Below are positions 31,057 through 42,929 of a stretch of DNA of 64,000 nt, piece by piece. Source of the stretch: Vermamoeba vermiformis (taxonomy: Eukaryota); NCBI GenBank assembly GCA_045837725.1, contig JBEWZL010000096.1:1-64000 (forward strand), in the 5' to 3' direction. A program made the translations under genes and the position numbers. The notes under the pieces are model-generated. The model was given only the letters and a program-made list of their open reading frames with translations, made no database searches and was not told the origin of the DNA. The stretch's first letter is position 1, and the number at the start of each line of letters is the position of its first letter.

Positions 31057-31926
31057 TTATTTGCGAGGGACCTTCGTTAAATTATTTACAGCGTCCTCTA
31101 AGAACCCAAGCAGTTTTTTAGTCTCTTTAACTTGCTGGTGCAACATTTCAACCCCGCGCAACTCCTCGTTCAATTGCTGCGCCTTAGTGACTAACTGGTG
31201 AACAGAAACCACGTTCTGGTTAATCGTGTCGTGGATTTGTTCAGTGGCTAACTTGTACGCCTTCACGTATTCCAATGTGGTGCGTGAAGCTTCGTGCAAA
31301 TTGTCGTGCAGATGTCGAACTGTCCTTGACAAGTTCTGTGACCAATTGCCTGTGTTTGTATATACATTTTGGTTGAATTTTTCTCCTACGTTGGCATTTG
31401 AAACGGTGGAAGTATTTAATGGGCTATTGAACTGCGAGGAGATAGAAGATGAGGAAGACGACCGAGAGCTTAGGGTGTCGGGGTGACTTTGTGTTGTAGT
31501 GTTATCTGATTGTTGTTCCGTATTTTCGTGGGGTGTGTTGTTACTGTCTTCCATTTGCAAAGGTGCATTGTTCTCGGTTGATTGTGTTTCTGCTTGATCT
31601 TTCGCCTCGATCGATTCTTTTGGCTGATCCTCTTCTTCTTTTTCTTGCTCTTCGTCGTCTTCTAATTTATATTTATTGATGTCTATCGAGTCTAAATCAA
31701 CGTCATCGATATCTTCATTATCTAAATCGAATTGTTGTAATTGATCTTCTAATTTTTTTTCTTGACTGTAATAAATTAACTAACAAGTTAGTGGATAGCA
31801 CCATATACAATTAAATTTGGCAATTTGATAATTTTAAAAATAAGAGGATATTCGATTGACAATTCCAACCGGTTTGTTCCCTTGAAGATCTAAGCATCGC
31901 ACGTACTTCTCTTGTGTCTCCGTCAT
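31057..31926 (-). CDS. BORC subunit 6 (lyspersin)-like protein
   Basis: Acidic low-complexity N-terminus. The C-terminal helical region LHDNLHEASRTTLEYVKAYKLATEQIHDTINQNVVSVHQLVTKAQQLNEELRGVEMLHQQVKETKKLLGFLE resembles the BORCS6 domain. Confidence 0.6.
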
Positions 31927-32139
31927 ATTATACAATATATTAAAACCTTTAATTAATCATGTATGGTTCTCTTCTCCGAAATTCGGACGCTAATGCAAAC
32001 AAAAAGATTGTTATTGACTATCACCGCCAAACTGAAGAGGACTACCACAATATCAATAAATGAAGATTAATTTACGGTGGATTTCGACCCTAGAGCGATA
32101 GATTGAACAACAAGCGAAGATTGTTACGGATCGATCGCA

Positions 32140-35100
32140 ATGGCAGATAACGAGGTGAGCAATAATAATTGAAATAAATTATATAAATATTAGCACAATA
32201 TTATTGAGCGTTTAGCCGTAAATTCTAATACGTGGATCTATTGGCTAATATTTTATTTTTTTTATTATTTCGCAGAATGATTTCGAAGACGTAACACCAA
32301 GGCCTCCCAAGTCTAAAAAGAGAAAGGCAGATCGCTCTAATGGCAAATCGGACAACATAATCGAGCCAGCACCGAAAAAAGTCAAATTATCTAAAAAGGA
32401 TTCCGACCTGCGCACACAAGATAGCAAAGTGAAAGAGAAGGACCCACAAGATAATAACGACAAATCGATGGTACAGCAAAAGATTACGAAGGCCTACAAA
32501 AAGAAGTCCCCGAAGAAAAACGAAAAGACACCAGCGAAGAAACCAAAGACAAAGATAATTATAGATGACGATGACGAGACCAAGCAATCTGATAACGAAT
32601 CCACAAAAGGAAGCCAAAGTAAGCGCAAGCAGAAGAGCGGTGAAGACTTATCGGACAAAGCAACTCCTCCCACGCTAAAAAATAATTTGCTGAAAGCTAC
32701 ACCTCGAAAGAGCTCTCGCTCACCATCAAGAGGGTCCGCAAGTTCAGAAGTATCATTCGAAGAGCACGAAGGTAAGCGCACAAATTGTAGATTGTATGAA
32801 TTAATGTTGTGCAATGAAATGTAGACGACGCTGCGGTAGAATGGAATTTCAACGCGCAAATTGGAGATGAATTTGGCAAGGATGACAATGCTTTAAGCTC
32901 CTTCTTTGAGTAATTTATTGATCCCATCATAATACAAGTTACTAATAGTTCATAGTATTCAAGATGAGGAACCAGATGGACAAAGGCCCGTCTTTCTTCA
33001 ACTTGCCGACCAAAGCAAACCGAAGAAAGAAACAAAAAAGCGACAAAAGAAGAGCAAATCGTCAAAGATGGCCATTATTAGCGAGCTTACTTCCGATCTG
33101 ACACAACTTAACGAAGGAGCTGAAAGCAGTGGCTCCACGAAGACACAGAAGGATGAGCCAGTATCGGATTTGACTGATTTTTCGCAGTACGATGAAATTG
33201 AGCTCACCGAAGAAGACTTGGCAAAGATCACAGAGCTTGAGATACTGGTATGTTAATCTTAATCCTATTGTTAGACTAATGACGCTGGCACAGAGTCAGT
33301 CGCAGTCCATCAAGCCCCCAGCCCCCTCTCCTCCTAAAGTGATCGCACCGTTAAATATACAACCCGTTCCCGTAATAAGACCCATCGACTTACCGTTGCG
33401 CGATGTTCCTCAACCAACCGCCAAAAATCCAGTACTTCCCGCCTCTCAGCCAGTTACTGCAAAGCCCAAGATTCCAGCCCCCGTTACTGACTTAATACCG
33501 CCCATTTCATCACGAACAGAACAACCGGACGTTATAAAGCCTTTGTCGTTATCACAGAAACCATTACCAAAATCACCCACAAGACTGACAGCGTCAAGGA
33601 CTCCTCAAAGTACTCGTAACAACAATATTAATCAGAGTAGAGGGTTCAACCAATTGCCTCTAGCGACAGTCCCTGCGGCCAATAATAACAATAATACGAA
33701 CGCCAACAACAATTCTAACTCAAGTACTGACTCCGCGGACTTGGCGACACAGTCTTCACTTATCAAGTCCAAAGGATCAAACAACAACAGTCTACTGGCT
33801 AGCAACCAGCCAAGCAGAAATCAAAGCTTGGACAACAGTGTTAATTTGGGATCACTTCAAAGTCCACTGAGTTCTCAAAGCTCACAGGTCATCAAAGATC
33901 GTTACTTGAAGCTGCGCATCTTGTATATCTGTCCTCCCGCCAAGACACAGTATTACAAAGAAAAGGTATGAAAATTCAAGACTTGTCACGATAGTAATCA
34001 CAATTTTAGAAATTCTACGCTCAAAACGACAAAGGTGACGAGTATCATATTGTTCTAAAAGATGATTGGGAAGATACGCCGTTGAAGCCAGGTGATTACA
34101 TCAATGTTGTTGGAAAGCCCGAGCCGAACAATCCAATGACGTACATCATTCACAAGACGAGGAATTGCCTAATATTGCACCCTGACCAACTGATTACTGG
34201 TACTTTGATTTCTGAATCGATCAAGTGTCAGCGCCTGCCTGTACTGGATATCAAAACCAAGGTACGTGCAGGATATTCAGGCATATCAATTCTAATGCCA
34301 TTTTTAGAGCTCTGGCGAATCCAAGTTTACAATCGTCGGAAAAATTATGCACGAAGTGTTTCAGAAAGCTCTTGATAACAATGACTTTTCCGAGGCTAGT
34401 CTAAAACAGCACATTGAAATATTGATTCTGCTGTTTCTGGAGAACCTGTAAGTTAACAACATCAAGAATAGTCGCGTGTGCTAACTCTTTGTCAGATATT
34501 CAGTGGACTGTCAAGAAAGCGAGGCAAAGAAGACTCTCGAAGGTTACATTCCGGCAATCATGGAATGGGCCAAAAAATATTGCGTTAAAGTCAATGCAAA
34601 TGAAAACGAGAAGAATCGAGGAGGATCATTTTCGGCTGGAAGTCGACAGAAGAAATACAAAGTACAGATTTGCAAAGTACTCGAGATTGAAGAAAACATT
34701 CTCTCGTTGATGTACGGTTTGAAGGGTATGAATATTTAATCTGAAGTCACAACCACTGTCTGACCTTGAGCTAGGAAATATCGATTTGTCTGTCGAAGCG
34801 TTGATTCAAAATGAAAAAGGAATTGAAGAACGGTGCACTGTTCCTCTAGAATTAAAGACGGGCAACAAGCAAGTTCAGCACGAGGCACAAGTTGTGCTCT
34901 ATGGATTATTGATGGGCGACAGATATAGTACGTTTGTTCGTTACCTTTGAACGATGATGTTAACATTCAAATCAGATGCTGAGATCAAAGCCGGATTGTT
35001 GTATTCGATGAAAGAGCGAGAGATGAACACGATCAATATTACTCGTGACACAGTCGTAGGTTTGCTTCGCAAGCGCAATGAGTTAGTGTCGTACATTGTA

Positions 35101-37854
35101 TCGAACAAACTGCCGCCAATGATTCGTTCAGAAAACACGTGCAAGCGATGCTTTTCGGCCGACAAATGCACCATATACGGCAAGGTAAGTTAAGGAACTC
35201 AACTTTGAAACGTCAGTCGCTAATGGCTTGTCATAACAAGTTGGAGGGAATAACTGAAGAGATGAGTGGCATGGGCTCGTTTTACACGGAGAAGACCAAA
35301 CATTTGAAGGCCTCACACTTAGCTTTTCTAGCACGCTACGAGCGACTGCTTTATCTAGAAGAACAGGAGTTAGTAAAGCTCAACAAGCAGATATGGCAAA
35401 TGGACATCAGTTCGCGTGAAAAGAACGGTCGATGCTTATCTGGAATGTTTTTAGAGGAAGAGGCTAAAGTGGACGAATATTGGACTTACCGATTTAGGAA
35501 AGAAAATGAGAACGAGTCCATCAACATCTTTGACTTGCAGATCAACGAAGGAGATCACGTGTTTCTGACGATGGAAGGGCAAGAGATTGGCAGTGACAAA
35601 GGCACGGTCATTGAACTCACACCGAAGAACATAGTGGTTGAGCTGCGTGCACCCGTCAAAGTAATACTCGTGCTATATGCTAATAATAGACGCGTTATAT
35701 TGACTTTGTGTTCAGACCCCAGCCAATGTAGAACAGTTCGCGAGCAGTCAGCGGTTCGGTGGCTTGATGCTGGACATTGACGACATCGGTCAAAACACGA
35801 GGAAGAGCTCCAAAAAGATGTCCAGTCTCGTTGTGAAGCACACGGATCGGATGATCTTGAAAGACTTAAAGTGGCGTATAGACAAAGAAGAAATGGTCTC
35901 ATCGCAAACGGCTAGAGTAAGTGATGTGTTTTACTTTGTTATAGCAACTAACGTATAGTAGACCAACTTAATGAAACTGTTCATGGCTAATGACGTCAAT
36001 GCACAAAGAAAAAGAGAATTGATAGTGGATTTGGATCCGCCACAGTTCGGGAACGAAATAACGGATGAGTCCATCAAGTAAGTTACGAACTTTACGTAGT
36101 AATATCAGCGACTAATTGATATTAGCAATATTATGTCTCAGCACAGTGGCTCAGCTGGCTCAAAGAACGGCATTGGTTTGAACTTTGATCAAAACAAAGC
36201 AGCGCGCAAAGCTCTCGCAGCACGCGACTATTTGTTGATCTCGGGCAAGCCAGGCACGGGCAAGACTACAGCAATAGTCGTGTTGATTCACATGTTGATC
36301 AAATCTGGCAAGACGGTGCTCGTTACGGCCTACACGCACTCGGCTGTCGACAACATTTGCTTGAAATTGAAAGAGCGTGGCATTGATTTTTTGCGCGTTG
36401 GTGGAAAGCATCAAGTACACCCTGACATTCATTCGTACATTCCAAACTACGAAAAGAATGTGAAGACTTTTGCCGATATTGAACGTAAGTCAATCATGAT
36501 TGAAATTTCGGGCCGCGCAACTAATGTTCACTAGAATCGTACGGAAACAAATCTATCGTGGCTTTAACGTGCATGAGTGCCTCGACAGCACCGCTGATCA
36601 GAAAACGAACGTTTGATTATTGTATTCTCGATGAGGCTTCACAGCTCACATTACCAATTAGTCTCGGGCCAATATTCTTCGCGAGCACGTTCATATTAGT
36701 TGGTGATCCTTACCAAGTAAGAGAGAGTGGTTTATCGATGCGCACCTACTAATGCCAATTGTTCAGTTGCCTCCTTTAGTGAAAAGTCCTGAAGCCAAGC
36801 AAGAGGGTCTCGATGTCAGCTCTGTTCTTTTATTTGAGTCAAACACACCCTGAAGCCGTCGTCGAACTCGATCATCAATATCGTATGAATGCTGACATCA
36901 TGATGCTCAGCAACAGATTGATTTACGATGGAAAGCTACGTGTTGGATCTGCGGAGGTTGCACAGGCAAGTCAATCTATAATGTTCAAAAAGTACGCGTC
37001 TGACTTGCTGTATTTCCAGAGTTGCCTACAAATCCCACGATGGAATTTGCCACAACTAGTTTCGCCCCACACTCAAGATTGGCTGCGCGAGATACTTCAG
37101 CCACAGTAAGTTTGTCGAATGCTACTTATTGCGCTGTCATTAACTCTTTGGTCCAAAGGCGGAAAGTAATCTTTTTGAACACGGACAACGTTCCTGCTCC
37201 TGAAATACAACACGAAGACAATATTGTAAGAAATGATGTCGAGGCCTCGCTCGTGTCGTTGGTACGTTTCAAAGGCATATTTATTATGGAACTAACGCTG
37301 TAGATCGCTGATACAATGGTTTGGTGCGGCATCAAGCAGCAGAAGATCGGAGTTATCTCGCCGTGGAGATCGCAGTTGAAAGCGATTCACTATCAGCTCA
37401 GTCAGGTCAATTTATCCAATCTCGAAGTCCACACCGTAGACAAGTACCAAGGCCGAGACAAAGACTGCATCATCGTCTCCTTGGTTCGAAACAACCCACA
37501 ACAAAATGTAAGTTGCAATGAATTCTTGAGAGCTCAACTAACTCAATTGTATTTTAGTTGGGAAATTTGTTGCGAGAGTGGCGACGATTAAACGTGGCGT
37601 TAACGCGTGCCAAAACGAAGTTGATTTTGATTGGCTCAAGGTCAACTTTCTTTGGACAAACGCTGTTCACCTCTTTGCTCGAGCTCGTGGATGAAAAGAA
37701 ATGGATATCCTTTTATACTATTGATTGATTATGATCTGCCATTTACAGTGAATTTTTCCCTAACTGATCTTACCAGGTCGATCTGCCTCTGAACGCGCAT
37801 CAGTTGTACATACCAAGAAAGCGTCAATCTGGTTCAGCAAGCACACAAATGTAA
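32140..37854 (+). CDS. DNA2: DNA2 nuclease/helicase with a long disordered N-terminus
   Basis: [46 protein letters not shown]; Fe-S motif [10 protein letters not shown]; helicase [49 protein letters not shown]. Apparent +1 frameshift at ~36820. Confidence 0.93.
37705..37773 (+). other. U12-type (minor spliceosome) AT-AC intron in DNA2
   Basis: 5' end ATATCCTTTT, branch TTCCCTAAC at 37756-37764, 3' end TAC. Removal gives ...DEKKW|QVDLPL... in frame. Read-through hits TGA. Confidence 0.85.
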
Positions 37855-37987
37855 TTAATGTACATAGGAATCACACTGTAAAGTCTAGACTTACCATTTA
37901 GCTCGTTTCGGAACTTTTATCCGGTGGAATTTCTTCGAGTGTCAAAAAATTCAGCTAAATCTTTCAGTTTACAATTTCAAACAAAAC

Positions 37988-39493
37988 ATGAACGACATTC
38001 CTTACTGCGCGGCGAGTCAGTTTACGTATCTCGACCCTTGCACAGTTTGGCCGTTTGAAACAGCGGAGTTTACAGAACATGGCTTTACATCCGCTTTTGT
38101 TTTTCTGTTGGTTGTAATTATCGTTCTCTTCCTGGTCATTATAACCTACACTTGCTTAGTAAATACGTCAACACTCGCCATGGTGAACGCATTCAAAAAT
38201 ACATTGGAACGGTTGGATGTTGGAGATTCAGGCGTCACAACACACGAAGACCAAGGCAAGACATTTGTCATAGAAAAACCAAAAAATGTGGAAGGTGGAA
38301 CTGCTGTATTTGTTTTGGTTATGGTTTGTGCGGTAATGATTTCCTATGTGGTCGCCACAGAAATCGATCTGCCAGCTGAGGTCCTAACCCAACGCAAATA
38401 TTTTTTGGACCCATCAATTAAAATCCCATCCTTTGCAGTGGATGCTAAACGATTTGAATTAAATTCAACCAATATTTTGCATCAAGCAGATCTTGGCGTA
38501 ATTTTGACAGACAGTCTAAAATCGAGCGGGCTTTACTTTGAAAATAATCAGCAACGAAAATGCAAAGGAGAAACTGGCTCATGCTTAAACAGTCGACAAT
38601 TTATCTCTTACAGCATTAGCTTTTGGATTGAAAGAACCATAAATGAAGCCATCACATTATGCAGCAACCAACCAGTTACAGATGAATCAATATCATTTTT
38701 TACTAGAGCAGGAAACCTTCCTAATAGCACGAAAGACATCAATCTCCCAATGATTTATTTCAATGAAGAAGTCATGCAATACGTAATGCCCCGAGCAAAT
38801 GGCACGACTCCCGCCGTCTCAATCGCTATTACTGCAACCTCTAGCGTGACGCATTCGATATTTTCATCATTTACTCGAGGTACCGGAATTCATGCCATAC
38901 GAGTGGACAGCGTGAGACCAACATCATTTTTGGCATCAAGCTGCAACCACCCAGTCATTCAATTTCAAGTCACTGGTACGAATAATCTGTCCCGTTAAAT
39001 ATGCTAGTCGTCATTTACTAAGGGTTCATTGATTTCAGGCGAAAGTTGGGAGTTAATGGGCATCGAAAAGTCGGGCGCTTTAGCAGTCATTTTGTCAGTG
39101 TTTGGTGCAGTCGGAACTGTCCTCGGCTCGCGAGCCTTGCTGAAAGAAGCCATTGAATGGATCACCAAACAGTGGCGTTCATCGCCCAAGAAGAGATTTG
39201 CACTGGCTATATTGGCGTACGTCATTCAGACCCTCATTGGCTTGGCGGGCCTGGCTGGCTTAGTAGGAATATTTAAAGCGACCAACGAACTGCAAGCGTT
39301 ATTTGGAGCAGCAAGACTGCCAGCGGAGCTAATCGGAGTTATAGTTTTAACTACGGTGTTTTTTTCGAACGCAATTTTCTGCTGGATCGGGGCAACTGTA
39401 GTATTCACTAAAAACTGGCGAAGACACATGAAAGCTGCAAAGACAAAATCCGAAGCTGGAGAATACGTCTTATTGTCCGATAAGCATGTTTAA
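37988..39493 (+). CDS. Uncharacterised multi-pass membrane protein
   Basis: A 336-codon ORF and a 154-codon ORF joined by one predicted intron (~38974-39037). About five hydrophobic segments. Confidence 0.6.
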
Positions 39494-39629
39494 TAAAGTT
39501 AAGTAAAGCTATATCAACTAGGCCTTAGTGATGAAAGTTTATCATTTAACGCAGGTAAATACCACCTCACATAATATCAAATATCTGTACCAGCTTTCCT
39601 CGTATGACGGTCCTGCAATGGGACTTTCC

Positions 39630-39667
39630 TGTCATGATGACGTCAGGTACCTGACGTCGAGATGACA
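39630..39667. repeat. Intergenic inverted repeat with a perfect 20-bp palindromic core containing CRE-like sites
   Basis: GACGTCAGGTACCTGACGTC (39639-39658) flanked by TGTCAT and ATGACA. Confidence 0.7.
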
Positions 39668-39720
39668 TTCCAGGGCTTAAAAAGGTAAAAAAAAAGCCCT
39701 GTTCACCAATCTAATTTGCG

Positions 39721-40685
39721 ATGTCAGAATCAACGAGCGTTGTAATCGAGCGTGGTGCGGTGGATCATAGATTCTCGTGGGAGGAATTGGCCAATGCGAT
39801 TGCAAAGGATGTCACTTTGCTGGGCAGACTTGTTCCGGATCTGCAGGTACATTTTACTTTTTAAATTAATCTTTATAAGTACCATTATTAATCAATCGAC
39901 ATATTTACAAAGGTGTTATAGCTGCAGCAAAATCGAGTCTAGATTAAATTTTTGTCATTTTATTAGGTATACAAAGCTCGCATCGCCGAAATAAAATCAG
40001 AATACGCTACTATGGGCGACTACATCTTTTACAAAAAATTCAATATGCCAGTAAGTCCGACTAGTAAAAAATCAATAAAAGTTTTTTGCTGACGCCTCCA
40101 ACTACTCAGCATCAAACAATCTACAACGGAATGATTGCATTATAATCTTAAATACATTACTATTAAGTTTTTTTAGAAAATAATAGGCACGGATAATAAG
40201 AAAGTTGCTGATCTATCAAAGAAGATGGATGCGCAACAGATCCTGTTTGAAAAAAACGACTTTCCGTACGCGTTAGAGGAACATATAGAGCATGTACGTC
40301 ATATTCGCACTAACATTTGCTAAATGTAGAACGCTAAATCGAGTTTCTATCCTGTAGTATCTGCTCTGGAGTCTGACACCCCTTTCTACCGATGACATTG
40401 TAGCAATAGCCAAGAAAAACCTACCGAATCATGAAGTAAGTGTGGTGTTAGCGTAGACCCTATTTAAGCCCGAAACAAAAGTTTGTAAGGTTTCAGCTAA
40501 ATTGTTCATCATGAAGTTGATTAGCCGATGCATTCGTGCTCGCTGATAGACTCATTCATGTTTTATTAATTGCAATACAGTTCCTGTGGTCCATCAATCC
40601 TCCGTCAGTACAAAGCGTCAAAGAAATTTTTCATGCTCACATTTATTCTCGCCCGAAGCAAGGCATTAAAAGGACAGATAGCTGA
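39721..40685 (+). CDS. DUF3605 (Gig1-like) family protein
   Basis: FSWEELANAI...LLGR; KNDFPYALEEHIEH|YLLWS; FLWSINPPSVQSVKEIFHAHIY. Confidence 0.7.
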
Positions 40686-40762
40686 GCACAAAATCAGAAG
40701 CAAGAGAATACATCTTATTGTCCGATAAACGTGTTTAATAAAGTTTAATACAGCGTTATTAA

Positions 40763-41552
40763 TTAGGCCTTGATAATCTTCAAGTCCACGCATTGGTAGA
40801 AAATAGCGTTGGGGTTGTTCTTCACGGCCTCATCAGGATTGTTCGAGACATATCGCACACGCAACACGCAGTGATCGCAAGTTACTTGAGGAACAATTGC
40901 CTTATTAGGAAATATAAGAGATCCGCTTCGATATGTGTTCTATTGGGTGCAATAGACTAATGAAATTCATACCTCAATAGTGAAGTTGGTCTGAGTGATC
41001 ATAGTGTTGGCATTAAAGTCAGGAATAACATTGCCCCATGGAACGAAATCGGAATTGGTCAAGTTGTCGTACTTTTTGAAGGAGAGGGCAGCGTCGAGCC
41101 AGCCTGAGAGGGCATTTAATAATTAGGAATATTACGAATCGTTCTATTTACCAGGTCGTTGAGGGTACCAGTGGTTCAAAGCTTGTTGGAAAAGGATTCG
41201 TTGTTTGGATCTAGAATAGTTTGTTAGCATAATTCGTTGTAATTACAGCTATAAATAATAATAAGTAAGGCCGAATAGATATAACAACAAATTTGTTTTA
41301 TTAAAGATAAAAATTGTGCGATCGTGCAGTTTTAGTAATTATTTTTTCAGCGGCTTACCCAGCAATCCAAGTAACTTTCGGAGATTCGGACGGTTGATTA
41401 CCACATTCACCGTAGGGTCTATAGCAGTGGTGATCTCCCGGCTCGTTAATGCTCAAAGGACCACGTTGAGGCGGATCGAGCAAACAGATGTGCGCAGCAA
41501 TTACTTGCAGTAGCGCTGCAGTAACGATAATTGCAAGTGTTTTGTGTTGCAT
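40763..41552 (-). CDS. Secreted LPMO-like / histidine-brace copper protein
   Basis: Signal peptide followed by H (IAA|HICLLDPPQRG); second His in QQALNHWY; CDHCVLRVRY; C-terminal FYQCVDL. Confidence 0.65.
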
Positions 41553-41720
41553 TATTGGTTTGAGTTTACAAGATATTTTGTTTAAAACAAGACGACTTTC
41601 TTTTCTGGACGATACTGGAATCTTCTTCGGAAACAAAAATGTCCAGCGACAATTCGGAGCCCGATAAGAAACACAAAAAAAATCGCAATATTGTCGATTT
41701 TAGTAAGCAACCCCACAACA

Positions 41721-42798
41721 ATGCAACGCTATTTAATTGCTTCATTAGTTTTGTTCAGCATCCTTGCTGTTGCACTTTGCGATCTGCCAAACGGTTGCTG
41801 CACTCCCAGCCAAGTAAGTCTCTTAAAAATTAAAATTATTAATAAAAATATTGTATACTAATACTAACCCCTCGCTGTAGTGGTCTGCTACCGCAACAGA
41901 GTTTAATAGCAACGGAGTCATCACCCATTCGATCTATTACGATGCTGTAAGTGCTAGATGTATTAATAAGAGCACAATTTTTATGTGCTAAGGGTGCGGC
42001 GATCAATTTGGCGATATTTTTCTGGATCGGATTTGTGAATAAAAAGGTACTTTTGACTAAAATCACTTTAGGATTCAAAATGGGTGCGCTGGGATCGCGT
42101 TGGCAATCTCGAGTCCTCCAAACAACAAGTATTGCAAACTTGGCTTGATTACAACACTGTAAGTAGATCCTCCTGTTAACTACGCGCAATTCACAACTCC
42201 GACCGGTGCTTACCTAATGTTGCTCTATTGCAGTTATACGAGTATATTTACTTCGTAAGTGAAGGCAAGTGCGAGCTATACGGTGGTGATGCCATGAACT
42301 TGTGGTGCTTTGGCCCTGATGCTGTCGGCCAAGACTTCGGTGGATTCGTTCCTTTCCAAGGTAAGATTTCCATTTCAATTACCTAGCAAGACATTACTTA
42401 ACCTTCTCTATTATAGGCGCCAATGCTACTCGCTGGTACAACACTGCCAACGACTTCGTGTGGTTGTCTGACGCCGACACTTGCTTGCCCGTCATGACCA
42501 AGCACGCCGATGACGTTACTGTCTACAACGCTCAACCTGGCATCGCTGTAAGTATTGAATAGATAGCTCCGCACACTGTTAGAACTGTCAGACTAATAAT
42601 TCAAAAGGACAAATCCGTCTTCAACGTCCCTGAGATCTGCAAGCAACACGCAATGCAACTCTACGCCATTCATGGAGCCAACTTGCACGTAAGTTATTCG
42701 AATAACTAATTATAGTCTTTGGTTTTGAGATCAACGATTCTAACGCTTAATTTTAGAGCTTCTTGAAGGCGAATGGTTGTCACGCTGCCAAGCATTAA
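41721..42798 (+). CDS. Ependymin-related secreted/lysosomal protein
   Basis: Signal peptide; GCCTPSQ|WSAT; IYYD; DTCLPV; C-terminal PGIADKSVFNVPEIC (FxxPxxC). Confidence 0.65.
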
Positions 42799-42929
42799 AG
42801 CATTGTTCAATACAAATAAAAGAACATAGTAGCATAATAGAGTCTCACGTACTAATCAAAATTATCCTTCGTGTTTCGTTTTTGCTGGATGTAGATCCGG
42901 AGAATACAACAAATTGTCAAATTTTATTA

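Noticed and set aside
33617-33790. AAC/AAT-rich tract as a possible repeat array
   Set aside because: It encodes an Asn-rich low-complexity linker of DNA2.
39630-39667. Possible SECIS element (ATGA...GA hairpin)
   Set aside because: No tandem G-A quartet geometry, no apical AA, and no upstream gene with an in-frame TGA.
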